DNA of 36,835 nucleotides from a virus: IMG/VR virus record IMGVR_UViG_3300009968_000004; one strand, written 5' to 3'. The position numbers and the translations under genes were made by a program. Of the stretch, positions 32,548 through 36,835 are shown piece after piece (the stretch's first letter is position 1; each line of letters starts with the position of its first letter). Below the pieces are notes generated by a model that saw only the letters and a list, made by a program, of their open reading frames with translations, searched no databases and was not told the DNA's origin.

Positions 32548-33270
32548 ATGAAATGGTTTAAGCATGATACTGATGCAAACATGGACGCTAAACTTCAAGA
32601 GGTAATGCTTGATTACGGTTTAGAGGGTTATGGGTTGTATTGGTATTGCATAGAGTTAATAGCGCAAAGAGTTAACGGTGATAACTTAACATTTGAGCTT
32701 GAGCATGATTGCAGAATCATAGCCAGAAATACAGGCTCAACACCTCAGAAAGTTGAGCAGATGATGAAGTCATTTATTAACTTAGGTTTATTAAATGCAG
32801 ATAACGGGCATGTTTTTTGTTTGAAACTAGCCTCTCGTTGTGATGACTTTACAGCAAAGGCAGTTAGACGGAATGGAGTAAAACCCGTTACAAATCAAGA
32901 GGTCGGAGTATGTCCGAGTTTGTCGGTTTTTGTCCCTCTAGAAGAAGAAGTAAGAAATAGAAGTAAGAAGAAGAGTATAGATATATGTCAACTTGTCGTT
33001 GACGAGTTCAATTCTAAGTTATCTGAATTAGGACAGGTTAAGGTTTTATCTGATAAGCGTAAAGCTTGGATTAAAGGCTCGATTAAGCAGATGGAAAAAA
33101 CAGATAATGATTTCTCTCAGATTGAAACGTGGGTAAGATATTTTAACTTTGTTTCAGAGCAAGATTTTCTTATGGGTAGAAAAGCAAATTCAGATTTCAC
33201 TGCAAGCTTTGATTTCCTGGTAAACAAAAATAACTTATTAAAAGTGGTAGAGGGAAATTATGATAATTAA
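32548..33270 (+). CDS. Replication organiser / initiator (DUF4373, DnaD-like)
   Basis: The N-terminus MKWFKHDTDANMDAKLQEVMLDYGLEGYGLYWYCIELIA matches the Lin1244/DUF4373 signature. It lies directly upstream of DnaB. Confidence 0.65.
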   Translation: MKWFKHDTDANMDAKLQEVMLDYGLEGYGLYWYCIELIAQRVNGDNLTFELEHDCRIIARNTGSTPQKVEQMMKSFINLGLLNADNGHVFCLKLASRCDDFTAKAVRRNGVKPVTNQEVGVCPSLSVFVPLEEEVRNRSKKKSIDICQLVVDEFNSKLSELGQVKVLSDKRKAWIKGSIKQMEKTDNDFSQIETWVRYFNFVSEQDFLMGRKANSDFTASFDFLVNKNNLLKVVEGNYDN

Positions 33271-34633
33271 CGAGCCACCAAAAAACACCGAAGTTGAACA
33301 GCAAATAATTGGCGCACTAATTAAAGATCCAACGCATTCAAACAGTAGAGAAACAATTGACAGCCTTTGTGATGATGATTTCTTTAGTATGGCTCACAGG
33401 TTAATTTTTAACGAAATAAAAACCATGAGCGAAAACAAAGAAGCTATTGACTTGGTAACTGTTGATAATAATCTTTCAAAGAAAACTGATCAATACGGTG
33501 GTTTTGTTTATCTTGCAGACTTAAACAAAAACACAACTGGTAATTACAATCTACCCGCTTACGTGGCTATTATTAAAAAATGCTCACAACTAAGAAAACT
33601 ATCAAAGATATTGTTTGATGCTGCTGAAATGATAAACCAAGGCGCTGAGCCTGTAGAAATCACAGAGATAATTGACAACGAGCTTAAAGATGCCGCTGTA
33701 AGCTCGTCAGGGGCAGAATTAAGGCATATTCAAACGGTAGAAGGTGATTGGTTAGATAGGCTACAAGATCGCATGGATAGAGGCGGTGCAATCTCTGGCT
33801 TGACTACAGGTATAGATAAGCTAGATGAGAGAATTAACGGCATTGGTGATGAATCTTTGGTGGTTGTTGCTGGCGCTCCTTCAATGGGTAAGACTTTATT
33901 CTGTCAAACTCTTGCGGCTAACGTGGGTGTTGATCAAAAGAAAAATGTAATGTTTTTCTCGTTGGAAATGTCAGAGATTGAATTATTTGAAAGATTCGTT
34001 TCAGGTGTGGGGAATATACCCGCTAACAATTTAAGGTCAGCTAGGCTTGGTGATGATGGTTTTGGCAAAGCAGAAACCGCGCTTGCAGCTTTAAGGCAGT
34101 CTGGCATATATATTACAGACCAGCCGAAGCAATCAGTCGGACAAATACGGGCAAAGGTTCGCAGGCATAAAGTAAAACACCCTGACTTATCAGCTATTTT
34201 TATTGATTACCTTGGCTTAATGAAATTAGGTAAAGCTGATAGGCATGATATTGCAGTTGGTAACATTACGCGCGACCTTAAAGAATTAGCTAAAGAAGTT
34301 AAAGTCCCTATTATTTTATGTGTTCAAGCAAACCGATATAAAGCACCAATGCGCCCTAATATGTCAAACCTGAAAGACTCAAGCTGTATTGAAGCTGATG
34401 CAGACTTAATTATGTTCGTACATCGTCAAGAAGTATTAGAACCCGAAACATTGTTAAAAGGTGTGACTGAATTAATCATAGCTAAAGATCGGCACAGTGA
34501 TGGTAACGGAACTGTTTACCTAGAAAAGATTAACGGGGCGTTTATACCGCTATCAGAAAATCAAGTCGCACAAATGGCGCACGAAGAAGAGAAAAGATTA
34601 AACCCAGCACCGCCAACGCGCGGAATGAAATAA
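33260..34633 (+). CDS. dnaB: Replicative DNA helicase DnaB
   Basis: N-terminal PPKNTEVEQQIIGALI, Walker A VVVAGAPSMGKT, Walker B IFIDYLGLM, and the later motifs ILCVQANR and LKDSSCIEADAD. Confidence 0.92.
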   Translation: MIINEPPKNTEVEQQIIGALIKDPTHSNSRETIDSLCDDDFFSMAHRLIFNEIKTMSENKEAIDLVTVDNNLSKKTDQYGGFVYLADLNKNTTGNYNLPAYVAIIKKCSQLRKLSKILFDAAEMINQGAEPVEITEIIDNELKDAAVSSSGAELRHIQTVEGDWLDRLQDRMDRGGAISGLTTGIDKLDERINGIGDESLVVVAGAPSMGKTLFCQTLAANVGVDQKKNVMFFSLEMSEIELFERFVSGVGNIPANNLRSARLGDDGFGKAETALAALRQSGIYITDQPKQSVGQIRAKVRRHKVKHPDLSAIFIDYLGLMKLGKADRHDIAVGNITRDLKELAKEVKVPIILCVQANRYKAPMRPNMSNLKDSSCIEADADLIMFVHRQEVLEPETLLKGVTELIIAKDRHSDGNGTVYLEKINGAFIPLSENQVAQMAHEEEKRLNPAPPTRGMK

Positions 34634-34663
34634 AACAAACCAAATAAACAAAGAGGGTATAAG

Positions 34664-35083
34664 ATGAATAAATTCAAGCAAGGGGATACATTCGATATTG
34701 AATACCCTTTTCATAATCAAGGCTGTGGATTTTATAACGGGGTTATCGAAACAATGTTAACTCCAGGTTGTCACCGCGACACTGAGCAAGAAGATCAAGG
34801 ATGGGGTTATCAGGAGTGTGTTTATTGGACTGCTAATTTTATGGGTAAAATAAGCTATGAGGTAATGGCTATTGCAGAAATGCCCGGTAAATACATGAAT
34901 AGAGTTATCGTTAAATATCATTACATTTTACCAGGCGGTGAAGTTTACGGAAGATCACAAATGAAAACGCTAACGGTTGGTAAGTTATCAAAGCAGATTG
35001 AAAACGATAGTGTATTTCCTTGTGAGTATGAAATAGAAGAGAGCCACCAATCATATAAAAAAACAGCAAGCAACAGTTTTTAA
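34664..35083 (+). CDS. Hypothetical protein (139 aa)
   Basis: GAGGG SD. No motif recognised. Confidence 0.6.
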   Translation: MNKFKQGDTFDIEYPFHNQGCGFYNGVIETMLTPGCHRDTEQEDQGWGYQECVYWTANFMGKISYEVMAIAEMPGKYMNRVIVKYHYILPGGEVYGRSQMKTLTVGKLSKQIENDSVFPCEYEIEESHQSYKKTASNSF

Positions 35084-35108
35084 CTAACAATACAAAAGGA
35101 GAGTAGTA

Positions 35109-35297
35109 ATGAGTGAACAAAGAATCCTGCTTTTAACATTAAGAACCAAGAGGGATGCTAAAATTATATCTAAAGCTGTCGAATGGAATTTTGGTGTATG
35201 CCCTCAAGATGAGTGGTTTGATGATTTAGTTGAAAAAACAGGATTGGATAATATCGAACTAACAAAGCTAAAAATAGAAAAATGGCCTAACACATAA
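35109..35297 (+). CDS. Hypothetical protein (62 aa)
   Basis: AAGGAGAG SD. No motif recognised. Confidence 0.55.
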   Translation: MSEQRILLLTLRTKRDAKIISKAVEWNFGVCPQDEWFDDLVEKTGLDNIELTKLKIEKWPNT

Positions 35298-35322
35298 ACT
35301 AAAACAGATAGAGGTAATAGAG

Positions 35323-35496
35323 ATGAAGGTATTAGTTTGCGGGAACGATCAAGGTTTAGCTCAACTAATTAAAAATATATTGCGTGATGCTGAAATGCTA
35401 GCAAACGAACCTAAGCCAAACATAGAAATAATCCAGCATGATTATGGGTGGTATAGAAAGTTCGAAAAGAAAGATAAGAAGCGTAATTTTAAATAA
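35323..35496 (+). CDS. Hypothetical protein (57 aa, not in track)
   Basis: GAGG SD. Translation MKVLVCGNDQGLAQLIKNILRDAEMLANEPKPNIEIIQHDYGWYRKFEKKDKKRNFK. It fills a gap. Confidence 0.5.
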   Translation: MKVLVCGNDQGLAQLIKNILRDAEMLANEPKPNIEIIQHDYGWYRKFEKKDKKRNFK

Positions 35497-35519
35497 CCAA
35501 CATAAGAGAGGGTAAGAGA

Positions 35520-35729
35520 ATGATTAAATGTGGCAAAGTTTGCCATGGAACAAAAAGCAGAGCCAAGCTTGCAATTAAGCAATTGAGAAATAAAGGTCAC
35601 AGCAGAAAGCTAAGAATTTACTTTTGTGATAATTGCGAGTGTTGGCATACAACAAGCTTTACCGCTAAGGCGATAGCTGAAATGAAAGATAAACGAATGG
35701 AGAATATAAATGACGACAATAGTCTATGA
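35520..35729 (+). CDS. Small zinc-ribbon-like protein (YFCDNCECWHTTS motif)
   Basis: C..CH...A......+..+.YFC..C..WHTTS is a widespread small phage protein pattern of unknown function. Confidence 0.6.
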   Translation: MIKCGKVCHGTKSRAKLAIKQLRNKGHSRKLRIYFCDNCECWHTTSFTAKAIAEMKDKRMENINDDNSL

Positions 35730-36150
35730 TCATAAAAACAAACAAGTAGCGTGTGACAGCAGAGAAACTGGTGGAGGCGTCTTATTTACAGATGAGGCAA
35801 TCAAATATAAGGTAGTCGGTGATGATGTGTGGTTTATCTGCGGCAGCAAGTCAGACGTAGCTATATTTATTGATACCTTTGAACATAACTCGCATTCGCC
35901 TGATAACGTTAACTGTGGCGGGATAGTTGTTCGTGATGGCGTCTGCTACAAAGCGTGTAACGAAGATGGAGTGTATAAGCTTGACGAACTGCCATGCAAT
36001 GAATCTTTAGGCTCTGGCGGTTGGTTGGCAATGGCTGCTGTTGATTTAGGTAAAACAGCAAGGCAAGCGGTTAAGTATGCAATGACTCGGGATTTATATA
36101 CTGGCGGTAAAGTTCATGTTTACGACATTGAAAAGGGTGAGTTTATCTAG
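35710..36150 (+). CDS. HslV / proteasome-beta-like N-terminal-Thr hydrolase (orphan)
   Basis: MTTIVYD... (Thr immediately after Met), VACDSRETGG against HslV IAGDGQATLG, IKYKVV against VKKVRRL, then LGSGGWLA (HslV GSGG) and DLYTGG. Confidence 0.65.
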   Translation: MTTIVYDHKNKQVACDSRETGGGVLFTDEAIKYKVVGDDVWFICGSKSDVAIFIDTFEHNSHSPDNVNCGGIVVRDGVCYKACNEDGVYKLDELPCNESLGSGGWLAMAAVDLGKTARQAVKYAMTRDLYTGGKVHVYDIEKGEFI

Positions 36151-36218
36151 TATAGTGAGATTATAAACTTCCTTGTTCGTTCCTTGGTTATTTATACTCT
36201 CTCCTTGTTGTAAAGCCT

Positions 36219-36241
36219 AGCCTAACCGTTAGGCTTTTTTA
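36219..36241 (+). terminator. Rho-independent terminator of the rightward replication block
   Basis: AGCCTAA (36219..36225) pairs with TTAGGCT (36229..36235) across a CCG loop, followed by TTTTTTAT. Confidence 0.7.
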
Positions 36242-36260
36242 TTACCGGAATAGCGCACAT

Positions 36261-36281
36261 AAAAAAACCAGCAAGCGCTGG
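36261..36281 (-). terminator. Rho-independent terminator of the leftward early operon
   Basis: The minus strand reads CCAGC-GCTT-GCTGG followed by seven T. It overlaps 18-bp repeat copy 2. Confidence 0.55.
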
Positions 36282-36354
36282 CCTTTAATCTAATCTAACT
36301 CTGGTATCCATGATATTAAACACTCTACCAGGTAATCATATAGGTTAGTCATTG

Positions 36355-36549
36355 TTATTTTTTCTTCTTAACTATTAGTTTTTTAGCTTCAGCTATAGCG
36401 GTTTTAACTAGCGCTGACGGCTTGGTAAATTGATTGTTTTTATACTTTTGCAAGGTTGTTATTGCTGTATTCTTTGCTAATGTCTCATCACAGCCAGCTC
36501 GTAAACAGCCTTTGTACGTTTCATTGTAAATCATATCGTTAGGGCTCAT
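36355..36549 (-). CDS. Hypothetical basic protein (64 aa), last gene of the leftward early operon
   Basis: Start overlaps the upstream stop by 1 nt. Lys-rich C-terminus. Confidence 0.6.
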   Translation of the reverse strand: MSPNDMIYNETYKGCLRAGCDETLAKNTAITTLQKYKNNQFTKPSALVKTAIAEAKKLIVKKKK

Positions 36550-36815
36550 TATATTCTCGCTAATATTTTATAGTTTAACCAAGAGCGCATACAGAGCTCA
36601 CCATTTTCATTCGCATCATAACCAGCATTAAAGGCGGCTTCTGCAACTTCCTCTTCATCAATTGAGCTCTCTTCGTAATTAACCATCTCTGAGCTCGCAT
36701 CTGCAACCTCAATTGATAATTCCTCTATTTCTTGGTCTTTTTCTTCTATGGACTCATTGAGCTCACCAATTATTGTTATAAGCTCGTCAACGCTTTTGCT
36801 TTCTAAATCATCCAT
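36549..36815 (-). CDS. Highly acidic small protein (88 aa)
   Basis: By my count, 26 Asp/Glu against 5 Lys/Arg. The N-terminal third lies in the wrap-around repeat. Confidence 0.65.
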   Translation of the reverse strand: MDDLESKSVDELITIIGELNESIEEKDQEIEELSIEVADASSEMVNYEESSIDEEEVAEAAFNAGYDANENGELCMRSWLNYKILARI

Positions 36816-36835
36816 TGTTAAAATTCCTCAATCAA
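36722..36835. repeat. Terminal direct repeat, copy 2
   Basis: Identical to 1..114. Confidence 0.95.

Noticed and set aside
1-36835. tRNA genes, CRISPR arrays, an integrase/attP lysogeny module, and a reverse transcriptase (DGR or retron)
   Set aside because: I found no cloverleaf-like intergenic sequence, no repeat-spacer periodicity, no tyrosine- or serine-recombinase-like ORF, no S24 repressor and no RT motifs (YxDD) in any listed ORF.

Overview
The window is one complete dsDNA tailed-phage genome. It is written with a 114-bp wrap-around: bases 1..114 are identical to 36722..36835, giving a unit length of 36721 bp. The DNA is visibly AT-rich, the genes are tightly packed, and many are translationally coupled through ATGA or TAATG overlaps.

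The virion module is siphovirus-type: TerS, TerL, portal, MuF-like head protein, scaffold, HK97-fold capsid, adaptor and neck proteins, tail tube, a G/G-T chaperone pair with a clear -1 frameshift, tape measure, distal tail and tip proteins, and a fibre.

There are six transcription blocks:
1. A leftward early operon runs 706->97 and continues across the wrap as 36815->36355. It encodes an HTH regulator, a small membrane protein and a very acidic protein.
2. A rightward block runs 929->11721. It holds a recombination set (Rad52/Sak-like SSAP, DnaQ-like exonuclease, SSB), small Cys-rich ORFs, a non-canonical lysis cassette, a LamG-like protein, the terminase, the portal and the MuF-like protein.
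3. A leftward six-gene accessory island runs 12928->11699 and splits the head module.
4. The rightward late block runs 13079->27098. It is interrupted by a leftward homing-endonuclease-like gene at 18201->17542.
5. A leftward block runs 32124->27118. It holds a membrane protein, DUF551, two paralogous winged-helix proteins, a C5 DNA methyltransferase, NinB-like, Ref-like and RuvC-like proteins, and a LapG/BTLCP-like lipoprotein.
6. A rightward replication block runs 32293->36150. It holds an RHH protein, a DUF4373-type replication organiser, DnaB, small ORFs and an orphan HslV-like Thr protease.

I saw no integrase, CI-type repressor, tRNA, CRISPR array, DNA polymerase or primase. All functional calls come from motif recognition by eye and from synteny; no database search was run.

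The items most worth follow-up are:
- the opposite-strand island in the head module, which has an acr-aca-like layout;
- the orphan HslV-like protease;
- the compact LapG-like lipoprotein;
- the DUF5675-like/GTA-holin lysis cassette, which lacks recognisable spanins;
- the 18-bp perfect repeats that bracket the replication module.
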